A DNA stretch of 64,000 nucleotides from an uncultured Thermoprotei archaeon (GCA_965367815.1 CBDUKN010000007.1:1-64000); one strand, 5' to 3'; positions 29,748-40,872 are shown, counted from the first letter of the stretch. The notes: generated by a model from the sequence alone, not told the origin. Program-made: numbers and translations.

Positions 29748-30617
29748 CTCGCTGTATGCAATTACTCTTACTTCGCCTTTATTATTGCATACTGCTATGA
29801 GGTCTCCTCTGGGACTGAACCTGACACAGACAATGTTCTTTTTCAGTACTTGATATATTTTCAGAGGATTGCCGTTAAAGGCGTCTACTATCTTTACTAT
29901 TCCGTCGCTACAACCCATAGCTATTACTTTTTCTTTAAGGTCTATACTGTAAATAGGTTCTTCTTGAGATTTTTGCCACTCTACTGAGTATGTTTCAAAA
30001 TTGACTACACCAAAGTTCTTTACGTCTGTCGCGAAGACTATGTGTGCGGCGTCTTTCCAAGCAATATTCTTGATTGTCTGCTGTGAAGCTATTTCCTGTA
30101 TTATACCTCCGTTTATATCGAATATTCTCATTCCGTCCTTATATCCGCTTGCAATGAGGTCTTTATCTGGGTGAAACACTATGTCGTAGACTTTGCTGTC
30201 GTGTTTAACCATGGCTAGTTCTTCTCCTGTACGCGGATTCCATATTTTCACGATTTTATCGTAGCCTGCTGACGCTAAGTACTCGCCGTTTCTACTCCAG
30301 GATACGCTAACACATTTCTTATGTTTAAGTATACTTTTAATTGTAAAGAACTCGGTTTCTAGAAGAACTACACCTACTTTGGGGTCTGCTAAAGCCACGA
30401 GGTCTTCGCGAGGACTCCATGCAACAGGATGACCGTGGTCTTTAACATCTACTACTAGTTTTTCATGAGATTTAATACAAGTTTTTGTCTCAAGATTCCA
30501 TATACAAGCAGCATTTTTGTCTACTGTAATTAAGAAGCGTGAATCAGGGCTCCATGCACATGAAGTGTTCTTTTTATGTATTTCTGAAACGGATAGTCTG
30601 TAGGCTTGTGCGCACAC
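29745..30617 (-). CDS. WD40-repeat beta-propeller protein
   Basis: ~7 repeats: CAWSPDS...IWN, VAWSP, VSWSRNGEYLASAGYDKIVKIWN, IVFHP, VRFSPRG. Confidence 0.88.
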   Translation of the reverse strand: MCAQAYRLSVSEIHKKNTSCAWSPDSRFLITVDKNAACIWNLETKTCIKSHEKLVVDVKDHGHPVAWSPREDLVALADPKVGVVLLETEFFTIKSILKHKKCVSVSWSRNGEYLASAGYDKIVKIWNPRTGEELAMVKHDSKVYDIVFHPDKDLIASGYKDGMRIFDINGGIIQEIASQQTIKNIAWKDAAHIVFATDVKNFGVVNFETYSVEWQKSQEEPIYSIDLKEKVIAMGCSDGIVKIVDAFNGNPLKIYQVLKKNIVCVRFSPRGDLIAVCNNKGEVRVIAYSE

Positions 30618-30699
30618 GAATAATATCTTCTTCCTTATATTAATAGTTTAGCAGTACTTGTCTGCGAGAAAAGTATTATCTTTCTCACTGCTAATACTA

Positions 30700-31077
30700 A
30701 TGAGCTGAGAAAACGGCCTATAGCTGATACTGCTTCAGGTGTTCAAAGCATAGCTAAAAACCACAAAGATCATGTGCTGATAGCTTATTTTGATAAATTC
30801 GGCGTTGAAGCAGTAGAAACAATGGGAGAAGACTTAGGGCCTCTTCCCTCAAGATTTACTTACATACCGATTCCGGAGAGTAAGTCAGAGAATATTCCTT
30901 CATTAGATAGCTTGAGTCCACTAGAGTTAAGAATACTTGCTCTCTGCGATGGAACTAGGTCTCTCAGGGGAAATCGCTCAAACTCTTGGAATGAAGTTTT
31001 CTGAAGTAAAGCTTATAGCAGAAAACTTACCAGTGAGAGGATACTTAAGAGAAATAAAGACTAAGATAAAAGTTTAG
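30700..31077 (+). pseudogene. Decayed protein with C-terminal winged helix
   Basis: LSPLELRILALCDGTRS then, after a frameshift near 30965, GEIAQTLGMKFSEVKLIAENL..RGYL; early stop after ATG 30700. Confidence 0.5.
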
Positions 31078-31133
31078 GTAAAACTGTTTCCAAAATACAA
31101 GACTTATGTTTTTTGTAGTCATGAAATATTTAT

Positions 31134-32260
31134 GTGCACAAAGAATACGATGCAATCGTAGCTGGAGCGGGGCCTGCAGGGAGCGTTGCGACGTACCTTT
31201 GTGCAAAAATGGCTTTAAAGACACTACTTCTTGAGGCGCGAAATCTCCCTAGAGAAAAATCTTGTGGAGGAAGACTTACACTTAAGTGCGTTAACTTGTT
31301 CGAAAAACACAGAATTTTTCAGAAAACTCATTAAACATGTAACGCTATACGCCAAGTTCTTTTTCATGAAAAGAGAGCCCATTATACCAAGTGATAAAAC
31401 TCCTGTCCACATGGTTCACCGAAGCGAATTCGACTATCTCTTAGCAAATAAGGCAAATGAAGCAGGAGCAGATTTACTGGCCAAGACTCCTGTAGAAAAA
31501 GTGACTATTGAGAAAAACTATGTAGAAGTCAGTGCTAAAGGCAAGATCTTTAGAGGAAAAGTTCTCGTAGCAGCAGACGGATATCCAAGCACTGTAACTA
31601 GGCTATTAAATGCAGAGTCTAAGTGTCTCAAGCATTTTGGAGTATCTGCAGAATTAACTGATGTTGGCGGAAACATCGAAGAAGAGTACTCTTACTTCTA
31701 CTTTATAGGAGTACCTCTAGGATACTGCTGGGTATTTCCCGAAAAAGAGACAGTAAACATAGGTTTTGTAGCAGACCCAGATTTCGTCAAGAAAACGATG
31801 TTAAGAAAATATTATCAGAGTACATTAAGCACACAGTCTTAGGCAAAGTAGATTTAAGCGGAGTTAAGGTCACTAGGAAGCTATTTACCTTGGGGAGGCA
31901 TACAAACCAAAGAGAGAGTAGTTAGAGATAGAGTACTATTCATCGGAGACGCTGGAGAATTGACTGACCCCTGGACAGGAGAAGGACTATTTTTCGTAGC
32001 GAAGAGCGCCGAGCTAGCCGTAGAAGCTATTAAGAAAGCTTTCGAGAAAAAACGATTTCACAGCAGAAGGGCTCTCCACTTACTGGAAACTACTAGAAAA
32101 AGAAGAATTCATGATAGGAAACCATCTGAGAGCAAGCTATGGCTTCGCTAAAGAATTCTACGACAGATTGAAAATTTATGCTAAAGTATTTTACTCAGAT
32201 AAAAATACTACTGCTAAAACTATAGCTGATCACTACCGATTGAAAGAAGTCCTCAAATAG
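31134..32260 (+). pseudogene. Geranylgeranyl reductase family flavoprotein, multiply frameshifted
   Basis: YDAIVAGAGPAG, PREKSCGG, RSEFD, AADG, GYCWVFP, IGDAG..DPWTGEG spread over different frames. Confidence 0.8.
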
Positions 32261-32269
32261 TAAAAGAAG

Positions 32270-33009
32270 GCAAAAAGGGATTAATAGTTAAAGTAATCAA
32301 GGCTATCCCAGTAAAGCTAGATGAATTTGAAGTAGACTTGGTTTTTTGAACTAAATAACGTTTATTTTTCTCTCAACCGCAACCTTTGCTTTAGCAAAAC
32401 TACTTAAGCACCTAAAAAAGAGCCTAGTAAGCACTTATACTCTTAGAAGCGTTTACCTAATGGCTTTGACTGAAATGATGGACAAGTACGGAGCAGAGGA
32501 AGCACTAAGAAAAATATTCAGATGGGGATATGAAATGGGACACAAGTATGCCCTGAGGTTAGGCAAGGACCTCAAACGCTATACAAATATCTTTAAAGAC
32601 AGCCCCTTCTTTGGAAGACTTGGCTGGTACTTGTTCTCCGGAAACATTCCTCAAGTTGAAGTCCACGTAATAGAAATAGAAGGCTATAAAGTACTCGAAA
32701 TCTTTGTTAGAGACTATAATTGTCCATGGTGTCTCGGATTCGAGTACAGCTATCCTATATGCAGTTACCCCTGTGGAACTTATGAAGCAGGAACACTCAC
32801 GTGGTTTATGCTCATAGGCAAAATAGACGAGTATTGTGCTATTACTAGAGAAAGTAAATGTAAAGCTAGAGGAGGTCCTTGCTGCAAGCTTTCAGTAGTA
32901 TATTCCAAGAGAGCTTTCAATAGAAAAGTTCGCTGAAATTAAACCAGAGCTGTTTAAAATAATTAGTCCAGAGGATTCTCTTAATGCTTTTAAGGAGATA
33001 TTCGGGTAA
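32270..33009 (+). pseudogene. V4R-domain protein, degenerate 5' end and 3' frameshift
   Basis: WGYEMG, CPWC, PICSYPCG, RESKCKARGGPCC V4R Cys pattern; tail continues in another frame (IPRELSIEKF...IFG*). Confidence 0.6.
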
Positions 33010-33187
33010 ATAATTGCTTTATTTTTGATTGGAATCAATTTTCTACTATGGTAAATAAAATAATTTATATATAGTGTTTTACATATGTATAGGTTATACT
33101 TGAAATAATAAAAAAGGAATATATTGCCTAGAATAGAAGAGCCTGCCCCTAAACGCTTATAATTTATATGGAATCAGTATACTTGGT

Positions 33188-33700
33188 ATGTATTCAATTA
33201 AGATAGTGCTTTGCGGTGAAGGAGGAGTAGGGAAAACTAGCATAGCCTACCGCTTTACAAAAGGAGAATTTCCAACAGATATTAAGCTTACAGTAGGAAT
33301 CGAGCATTTTACTAAAGTAATCGAGGTTAATGGGAAACAGGCCAAAATAGTTTTGTGGGATTTGGGTGGTGAAGAGCGCTTCAGATTTTTGGCACCAGTG
33401 TTCCTCAAAGGAGCCAAAGGAGGGCTCTTCGTATTTGATGTGACCAGACTTACTACATTATTTAAACTAGATGAGTGGCTAAAAATTTTCAGAGAGCAAG
33501 TAGGAGATGTGCCTGTTGTGCTAGTAGGCAATAAAGTAGACTTAAGTGAAAGCAGAGCTGTTTTTCGAGAAGCCGCAGAAGAATTCGCCAAAACGAAAGG
33601 GTTTTTAGCATATTATGAAGTTTCAGCAAAGACAGGTGTTAATGTAGAGGAAGCATTTATGCATTTAATCAAAGCTGTTTTAGAAAAAATACAGCTGTAA
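33188..33700 (+). CDS. Rab-like small GTPase (copy 2)
   Basis: GEGGVGKT, TVG, WDLGGEERF, GNKVD, EVSAKTG. Confidence 0.92.
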   Translation: MYSIKIVLCGEGGVGKTSIAYRFTKGEFPTDIKLTVGIEHFTKVIEVNGKQAKIVLWDLGGEERFRFLAPVFLKGAKGGLFVFDVTRLTTLFKLDEWLKIFREQVGDVPVVLVGNKVDLSESRAVFREAAEEFAKTKGFLAYYEVSAKTGVNVEEAFMHLIKAVLEKIQL

Positions 33701-33739
33701 GCTAGTTTAATATATTTCGGTGTTTTCAGAGAACTGTTA

Positions 33740-36046
33740 ATGAAATCTGTTTTAGTAAAAGTAAGGGGTGTAGTTCAGGGAGTAGGATTTCGGCCTTTTG
33801 TTTATCGTCTCGCAGTAAGCCTCGACCTCAAAGGATACGTAAGAAATACTGGTGGCTCTGAAGTAGAGATACTTCTTCAAGGCAAGAATATAGACGAGTT
33901 CTTGACTAGACTCAAGAAGGAGAAGCCTCCTTCAGCGCTAATAGAGGAAATAGATGTGCAAGAAGTAGATGAAGCCCCTTACAAGTGCTTTAGAATACTG
34001 GCGAGCACGTATTCCGTAGAAAAGTACTCTATGATACCTCCTGACTTTAGTTTCTGTGAAGAATGTTTGCGGGAAGTACTCGACGAGTCTTCTAGATGGT
34101 ATATGTATCCGTTTAATTCATGTGCATGGTGCGGGCCTCGCTTCAGTATAATTGAGAAACCGCCTTATGATAGAGAGAACACTTCTATGAGAGATTTTCC
34201 TCTATGCGAAAAGTGTCTAAAGGAGTATCGTGACCCAAGTAATCTCAGGAGGTTTCATGCTCAAGGAATAAGCTGTCCTAAGTGCGGGCCTAAAGTATGG
34301 TTGACCGACTCTTCTGGAGAAAAAATTGGGTGCGAAAATCCTATAATAGAGGCAGCTAAGCTGATCGAGGAAGGATTTATTGTCGCTGTTAAAGGAATAG
34401 GAGGTTTTCACTTAGCTTGTCTAGCTACAGACGATGATGTTGTATTGAAGCTAAGAGCTAGGAAGAAGAGAAGAAGAAAGCCTTTCGCCTTAATGGCACT
34501 AGACTTGAAAGCAGCGTCAAAAATCATAGAAATTACTCCCGCTGTAGAGAAGTGCCTTGCTTCGCCTCAAAGACCTATTGTAGTTGCTCTCAGAAAACCT
34601 GAGGCAGAAGTTTCTTTTTATGTTGCACCGAACTTAAAGACTCTTGGAGTAGAACTAGCGTATACGCCTCTACACTACATACTTCTAATGAATACTAGAG
34701 ACAGATACCTCGTTATGACGAGCGGGAATTTAACAGGACTACCTTTGTGTCATACTAATGAGGAAGCTTTAAGGTCTTTAAAGGGAATAGCAGATTATTT
34801 TCTACTACACAATAGGAGAATAGTTAATAGAGTAGACGATAGTGTAGTAAAAGCCGTAGGCTCGCACGTATTCTTTTTAAGGAGGAGTAGAGGCTACGTT
34901 CCCTGCTGGATCAAAATACCTTTCACGTCTAAAAGGAACATAGTAGCTTTAGGAGCAATGCTCTCTAATACAGGAGCTCTCCTCATTGAAGATAAAGTAA
35001 TACTAACACAGCACATAGGCGACATAGAGAATTTCGAAACCCTAGAGTTCGAGAAGAACGCAATAAGCTTTCTCTTAAGAGCCTACAACATTGATATCAA
35101 GGACTGTGTCATTGCAGTAGACAAGCATCCCCGCTACTTAACGAACCTCATTTCAGAAGAATACTCCCTAAAGGGGGCAAAAGCGCTTAAAGTACAGCAC
35201 CATCACGCGCACATAGCTTCAGTAATGGCAGAACACAAGATTCCTCTAGGAGAAAAAGTAGTAGGTATAGCAATAGATGGAGTAGGCTATGGAGAAGACG
35301 GATGTATATGGGGAGGAGAAATATTAGAAGTCTCGTACACAGATTTCAAGCGTTTAGCTCACTTAAAGTACTTTAAAATGCCTGGAGGAGACCTAGCCAC
35401 AAAATATCCAGTAAGAGTCCTACTAAGCATACTGTCTGATAAGTTATCTGAAGAAGAGCTGAGAGAAACAGCATTAAAGCTCAAGCTTCAAGATAAGCTT
35501 CCTCGAGGACTTCGAGAACTAGATATTGTTCTAAAGCAGATTTACTATAGTAGGCAGCCTTTAGCATCAAGTACAGGCAGGTTCCTTGATGCAGTTTCAG
35601 CTCTACTGGGCTTCTGTTATGAAAGGAGCTATGAGGGAGAACCAGCTATTGTATTAGAGGAAAAAAGTTTCGGAGGCAGAGTACTAGATGAAATTAGCTA
35701 TAGGATCGAAGGAGATAGTGAAGGACATAAGGTAATTGAGCTAAGTTCTACATTGCTTCAAGTGCTTGATCTGCTCCAGTATACAGATACAGAAAACATT
35801 GGAGCCAGTGTTCAGTACTGGTTGGGAAGAATTTTAGCCAAAGTAGCTTTAATGTTCAGAAAAAAGCATAGATATCTCGTGGTCGGCGGAGGAGCATCAG
35901 TTAACACTTTCATTATTAAGGGAATACTAGATGAAGTAGGAGATTCAATTAAGGTACTCTTTGCTAAGAAAACTCCTCCAGGTGACGGAGGCCTGAGTTT
36001 AGGTCAAGCTGTTATTGCTGCGGCTAAGCTACATGAACAGATTTAA
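33740..36046 (+). CDS. hypF: Hydrogenase maturation carbamoyltransferase HypF
   Basis: GVVQGVGFRPF acylphosphatase domain, two Zn fingers, KGIGGFHL, QHHHAH, DGGLSLGQ. Confidence 0.96.
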   Translation: MKSVLVKVRGVVQGVGFRPFVYRLAVSLDLKGYVRNTGGSEVEILLQGKNIDEFLTRLKKEKPPSALIEEIDVQEVDEAPYKCFRILASTYSVEKYSMIPPDFSFCEECLREVLDESSRWYMYPFNSCAWCGPRFSIIEKPPYDRENTSMRDFPLCEKCLKEYRDPSNLRRFHAQGISCPKCGPKVWLTDSSGEKIGCENPIIEAAKLIEEGFIVAVKGIGGFHLACLATDDDVVLKLRARKKRRRKPFALMALDLKAASKIIEITPAVEKCLASPQRPIVVALRKPEAEVSFYVAPNLKTLGVELAYTPLHYILLMNTRDRYLVMTSGNLTGLPLCHTNEEALRSLKGIADYFLLHNRRIVNRVDDSVVKAVGSHVFFLRRSRGYVPCWIKIPFTSKRNIVALGAMLSNTGALLIEDKVILTQHIGDIENFETLEFEKNAISFLLRAYNIDIKDCVIAVDKHPRYLTNLISEEYSLKGAKALKVQHHHAHIASVMAEHKIPLGEKVVGIAIDGVGYGEDGCIWGGEILEVSYTDFKRLAHLKYFKMPGGDLATKYPVRVLLSILSDKLSEEELRETALKLKLQDKLPRGLRELDIVLKQIYYSRQPLASSTGRFLDAVSALLGFCYERSYEGEPAIVLEEKSFGGRVLDEISYRIEGDSEGHKVIELSSTLLQVLDLLQYTDTENIGASVQYWLGRILAKVALMFRKKHRYLVVGGGASVNTFIIKGILDEVGDSIKVLFAKKTPPGDGGLSLGQAVIAAAKLHEQI

Positions 36047-36730
36047 GCCATATTTCTTAGACAGGAGGTCTTTAATGAGACAAGGATAATCTGTAGTAAT
36101 CATATCTACGTCTAAGTTAATTAGTCTAATAGCTTCTCTCTCAGTATTAACTGTCCATGCACATAAAGTGAGCTTCTTTTCTCTAACCAGTTTAACATAA
36201 TCTCTATCTACGAGAGAGTAATGTACATGAACAGCATCGGCTCTGAGACTTACTGCTCTATTTAAGTTTTCAATAGGGTTTTTCGCGTAAATAAGACCAG
36301 CTTTTATAGATGAAAGTTCTTTAACCTTTTTAACTACTTCTGGGTAAAACGAAATAATCATTATTTTAGGCCCCTTAAATGACTCTACTTCACCTATAAC
36401 TTTTTCAGTGATATCTGGTTCCTTTACTTCGACTAGAACTCCGACTTTGTTTTCACATAATTCTAGTGCTTCCTTTAAAGTTGGTACTTTCTCGCCTTTA
36501 CCCGCGTCGAGTTTTCTTACTTCGCTGAACAGCATTTCTCTGAGAAGGCCTTTACCGTTAGTTGTTCTATCTACTGTATCGTCGTGCATTAAAACAAGTA
36601 CACCGTCCTTGGTTGCGCGAACATCTATTTCGATCCAATCTACTCTGCACTCAATGCCTTTCCTTATTGCTTTAAGAGTATTTTCGGGCTCATATCCGGC
36701 TGCACCTCTATGACCTACTATTTCTATCAT
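36029..36730 (-). CDS. Glycerophosphodiester phosphodiesterase
   Basis: GHRGA..EPENT, EIDV, HD.TVDRTT, WTVN, ITTDYP. Confidence 0.92.
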   Translation of the reverse strand: MIEIVGHRGAAGYEPENTLKAIRKGIECRVDWIEIDVRATKDGVLVLMHDDTVDRTTNGKGLLREMLFSEVRKLDAGKGEKVPTLKEALELCENKVGVLVEVKEPDITEKVIGEVESFKGPKIMIISFYPEVVKKVKELSSIKAGLIYAKNPIENLNRAVSLRADAVHVHYSLVDRDYVKLVREKKLTLCAWTVNTEREAIRLINLDVDMITTDYPCLIKDLLSKKYGLNLFM

Positions 36731-36811
36731 ACAGCCTAATCAATTAGGGCTTAGATAAAAATTTGATTGCAATATGAAAATGCTTATTATGCTTGAAGCC
36801 AGTAATAGGTT

Positions 36812-37351
36812 ATGTCCGAGAGAGTAGAGCTTAGTTTTACTGAAGTATCTGATAAGACACTTGAAGTAATGAGAGAACTAGGATTACTTCTAGTATCGGT
36901 AGATAATGAAGGTAAACCAAATGCTATGACTATAGGCTGGGGTTTTATTGGCATAATATGGATGAAGCCTGTTTTTATAGTAGCCGTAAGGCCGTCGAGA
37001 CATACTTACAATCTACTTGAGCAAACAGGAGACTTTACTGTAAATGTTCCAGCTAAAGGATTAGAGAAGGCTGTAGAGTACTGCGGTATTGTTTCGGGCA
37101 GAGACGTAGATAAGTTCAGGGGATGTAAGCTCACACCTCTCCCCTCGAAGTACGTGAAGTCGCCGCTAATAGAGGAGTGCGTTATAGGCTATGAGTGTAA
37201 AATTATCTATAAATTTGATTTAGAGGCAGAAAAACTCCCCAGTAGTGTTCTCTCTGTGTGTTATCCTTCGGGAGACTACCATAGGCTGTACTTTGGTGAA
37301 ATCTTGAGAGTAGTAGTTGTAAAAGACTTTGAAAAGAAATTACCTATATAG
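36812..37351 (+). CDS. Flavin reductase (flavoredoxin-like) family protein
   Basis: NAMTIGWG, VRPSRHT, FTVN, CGIVSGRDVDK, H.LYFGEI. Confidence 0.85.
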   Translation: MSERVELSFTEVSDKTLEVMRELGLLLVSVDNEGKPNAMTIGWGFIGIIWMKPVFIVAVRPSRHTYNLLEQTGDFTVNVPAKGLEKAVEYCGIVSGRDVDKFRGCKLTPLPSKYVKSPLIEECVIGYECKIIYKFDLEAEKLPSSVLSVCYPSGDYHRLYFGEILRVVVVKDFEKKLPI

Positions 37352-37353
37352 AT

Positions 37354-38244
37354 TTATTCTTCAGAGGTCTTGATTACTTTAAATCCCTTTCTAACAAAGT
37401 CTTTTTTAGGAATAAAGACTATTCCCTTTTCTGTTTCAAGCTCAACCATTAATGTAGTTATTTTAACTATTTTACCCACTGTGTCATTTATTTCAATAAT
37501 CGTCCCTTCTTTTAAGCCGCTAGGCTCATTGAATAGGAGTATGAGGGCTTCTTCTCTTAGTCCCAACCCGAAGAGAAGAGCTAATGCGAGACCTACGCTT
37601 ATTCCTATTGCTAGGAAGAGTGCTTGAGCTATGTAGGAGATTACTCGAGGAGCTATGTCAGCTATTTCAAATACTATGAATATAAGTATTATGTACATTG
37701 CGTATTTTAAGAACGCTGCTAACGATGATTTAAACTTAGGCGAAAGAGGTATTTCTTTAAGCGCGCCTTCAGCAAATCCTACAATCCACTCAGTGAAAAG
37801 AATTCCTATGAAGAAGACCAGTATGGCTCCAAAGAACTTCGGTACATAAGTTACTGCAGCTACACTTAGTTCTTCTAAAGCCGGAATATTTAGCACAGAA
37901 ATAGCTGTAACGATAGTTACAGTGTATATAGTAAGCTTCGTTAAAAGCGAGAGTATTCTTGATATAGGATATCCTGCTTTGGTTAAAAGAGCACCTATTT
38001 CAGATTTCTTAAAGCTTTCATCGCCTTTAACTAACTTAACCGCACCAGCAACAGCTTTTGCTGTAACTTTGCCTACGATGTAGCCTATAATTAGAACTAC
38101 TAGCGATGACAGGATGCTTGGAAGATAAGAATATATTACTTTAATTATTTCTTCTAAAATTTTCAGTATATTTTCCTCCACTCTCTCCCCGTTTAGATGT
38201 AGAGGAGGTGTATTTATTCTCTTGTCACTAAAGATAACCCACAT
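37354..38244 (-). CDS. Mechanosensitive-channel-related (TM-helix repeat/CmpX-like) membrane protein
   Basis: YLPSILSSL / YVPKFFGAI repeats, ALLFGLG, C-terminal MscS-like beta domain (GKIVKI...VFIP). Confidence 0.7.
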   Translation of the reverse strand: MWVIFSDKRINTPPLHLNGERVEENILKILEEIIKVIYSYLPSILSSLVVLIIGYIVGKVTAKAVAGAVKLVKGDESFKKSEIGALLTKAGYPISRILSLLTKLTIYTVTIVTAISVLNIPALEELSVAAVTYVPKFFGAILVFFIGILFTEWIVGFAEGALKEIPLSPKFKSSLAAFLKYAMYIILIFIVFEIADIAPRVISYIAQALFLAIGISVGLALALLFGLGLREEALILLFNEPSGLKEGTIIEINDTVGKIVKITTLMVELETEKGIVFIPKKDFVRKGFKVIKTSEE

Positions 38245-39526
38245 TTGTCATCAGCGCTAAAATTACCATTGAAACCAGTATTTGTGCAAGCGCTATTGGA
38301 TAGCATTTTTTAACATATTCTCCCATAGATACTTCCATTTTTCTCCGCTCAAGTAGTCTTATACCAATAAGTACTGAAGGAGAGCCAAAAGTAGTCAAGT
38401 TTCCTCCAAGATTGCTTCCAACTATTAGTGCCCAATAGAAAGGCAGAGGATCTATACCCAAGATCTTAACTAAGTCGTTTACTATGGGATATAGTATTAA
38501 CACTACGGGAATGTTGTCTATAAAGGCTGAGACAGTAGCACATATAAGTAGCAGTAGAGGCGCGCTGATACATGGATTTAAGTAAAGTAAGTCTACTAAT
38601 TTTTCTGCTATCTTGTCGAGTACTCCGCTGCGCTCTAGACCTCCAACGAAAATAAAGAAGCCTCCAACGAAAAAGGGTATGCTCCAGTCAGTTCTTCTAA
38701 AAACTTTATCTGGGTCTACTCCGCTGAGCATAAATGACAGTACAACGAAGAAGAATGCGATAAAAGACGGCGGTAAATCAGTGCCGCTACTTAAAGATAC
38801 CGTTATAAGGAATCCTGAGAATATGAGAAACGATCTGTAGAGAGCCGAAGGCTTCTCTACAGCCGACCACGGGTCTATAAGCTTTCTTATCACCTCTTTA
38901 TTCTCAGGATTCAGTTTAGAGTCTCTACGGTAGTATAGAACCCACGATATAATGACGGTGACTAGAGTAAGTAGTACTATGAAAGGCAGTGATATTTTTA
39001 TGAAGTCTGAAAAACCCATACGAGTTTTTGTTGCAATAATGAGCGCTGGAATAGAGCTTATAGGTATTAGAATACCTCCCACATTAGTCTGAAGTCCTTC
39101 AACTAGTATTGTCTCTTTTGCATTAAATCCTAAAGATTCCGCGAACTTGAAGGTTATAGCGCCAAAAATAAGCATTACTGTTATATTTGAAGAAAATCCG
39201 GAAAATAGAGTCACCAGCACTATTAGCGTGATTATCGACAATGTATAATGTGAACCAAGTTTTTGTAGTAAGTATAGTCCTATAAAGTCAAAGAAACCTG
39301 ACTCACTTAACGTTTCAAAGAGTATTAGTATTCCGACTATAAAGAGTACTGTATCTAAGTTAATCATTTCGACAATATCTTCGTATGTGAAGAGACCGTA
39401 AGATATTCCAAAATATACTGAGAGTACTGCGGCGAGCATTGCTACAATAGCTCTATGCTCTATTTCGGCTACTAGAAGAAGTATGACTATTGTGAAAATT
39501 ATAGTGAATGTTGCCAGGGGAGTCAT
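38228..39526 (-). CDS. ArsB/NhaD (IT superfamily) ion transporter
   Basis: SGFF, SNIT, TNVGG, DW...FFVGGF, SAFIDNIP, GSNLGGNLT. Confidence 0.85.
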   Translation of the reverse strand: MTPLATFTIIFTIVILLLVAEIEHRAIVAMLAAVLSVYFGISYGLFTYEDIVEMINLDTVLFIVGILILFETLSESGFFDFIGLYLLQKLGSHYTLSIITLIVLVTLFSGFSSNITVMLIFGAITFKFAESLGFNAKETILVEGLQTNVGGILIPISSIPALIIATKTRMGFSDFIKISLPFIVLLTLVTVIISWVLYYRRDSKLNPENKEVIRKLIDPWSAVEKPSALYRSFLIFSGFLITVSLSSGTDLPPSFIAFFFVVLSFMLSGVDPDKVFRRTDWSIPFFVGGFFIFVGGLERSGVLDKIAEKLVDLLYLNPCISAPLLLLICATVSAFIDNIPVVLILYPIVNDLVKILGIDPLPFYWALIVGSNLGGNLTTFGSPSVLIGIRLLERRKMEVSMGEYVKKCYPIALAQILVSMVILALMTNVGYL

Positions 39527-39529
39527 TCT

Positions 39530-39853
39530 TTAATGTTTTTTAGCCAGTTTATATAAGCTTAGCGTAATGTCTATGAATATCGGGGCTCCGATGAAGAAAA
39601 GAAACAGCAGAATAAGTGCTTCTACTTCTTTACTTAAAGGATTTTCTCCTAAACGGACTACTACTGCTTCGTGTACAAGCGACAGGAGAAGAATATAGAC
39701 TATTCCGTGGATTACTCTTTTGAACAGCAGACCCTTTTTACCGTATTCTTCGTCGAATTTTCTTTTAATAGATCGGTAGCTGTAGTATCCTATAGAAAAT
39801 CCTACGCAAAAAAGTATCATCAAGGCCCAGGTGTATATTATGCTCAGTATCAT
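39530..39853 (-). CDS. Small 3-TM hypothetical membrane protein
   Basis: Three hydrophobic segments; stop 3 nt before the transporter start. Confidence 0.55.
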   Translation of the reverse strand: MILSIIYTWALMILFCVGFSIGYYSYRSIKRKFDEEYGKKGLLFKRVIHGIVYILLLSLVHEAVVVRLGENPLSKEVEALILLFLFFIGAPIFIDITLSLYKLAKKH

Positions 39854-39886
39854 CCAGCTTACTATTATGCATCAAAGTATATTTTG

Positions 39887-40872
39887 TTAACTCTCAAGTA
39901 GTTTTGCTTCATATAAAATCCATCTATCTACTTGTGTAGCCCAGCCGACTTCTTTAGTGTACTTGGGGCCTATTGATTCAATGTATATTAGTACTCTATT
40001 ATTGTCATAGTCGAAGACTATGCTCGAGTACCCGTGTGTAGGCCAGTCTTTTCTTTCGTAAGGTGAAGCTGCTTTCCACTCTGTCTGATAGACTGTCTCT
40101 AAATTGTAGTTGCGGTAGTCGACTACGTATGCTTCGAAGTGTTTTGCTATACCGTAGCCATTTATTAAATATCTTCGAGCAAGACCCATGAAAGAACTCC
40201 CCTCCGGCACAAGTGAAGAAATTGCCGTTTAGCTGGAAGTAGTCTGGCTGTTTTTCGCCGTCTATAGTAGGTATACCTAGTTTCTTTCAGTGAATACCGT
40301 CGTGGCTTATTGCTAGACCTGTCTTCACGTTCTTTACTTCTCTTTGAGCCTTATAGAACATAAAATAAGTGCTGTCAATAATATCTACCACTACGTCTCT
40401 TGCCTCTTTAGCATCGTACCTCTCGCCTGTTTTCAAGACAAATCCTTTGTACTCCTGGGGGCCTGCGGGGGTCGTCAGATACATAAAGTATTGCTTCCTA
40501 AGCCCGCCTGTAGTCTACAGACACGTAGAGGTATAGGAGGTCTGTTAAGGGATCTCTTATAATCTGTACTCCTTCAATGCTGAGAACTTCTGTTTTCATG
40601 TCCCTAGATATATCTTCTTTAGTCAAAGCTGTCTTCAGGTAGAAGTCTTCTCCGTTTTTACTGGAATATATTCTGACTTCAACTCCTCTCGCTGGAGCAG
40701 GTTTTCGAGGCCTTACAGCCATTAAATACTCTTTAAAGACGTGGTCATAGAATACCCTGCCTGCACCAACCCATGAGCCAGGTTCAGAGCTCGGGGGGTC
40801 TAGTACAACTTTCTTGAATCTAGTTGCTCTGTCGATGTACTGGGGAGGAATAAAGCCTTTCCAGTCGACCAT
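39887..40872 (-). pseudogene. Fragmented five-bladed beta-propeller glycoside-hydrolase-like gene
   Basis: Three co-linear ORF pieces (40498-40872, 40287-40484, 39887-40210); Asp-box-like SSKNGEDF and SHDGIH*. Confidence 0.6.

Noticed and set aside
29715-29987. 90-aa plus-strand ORF
   Set aside because: Antisense to the WD40 gene and overlapping the C/D sRNA
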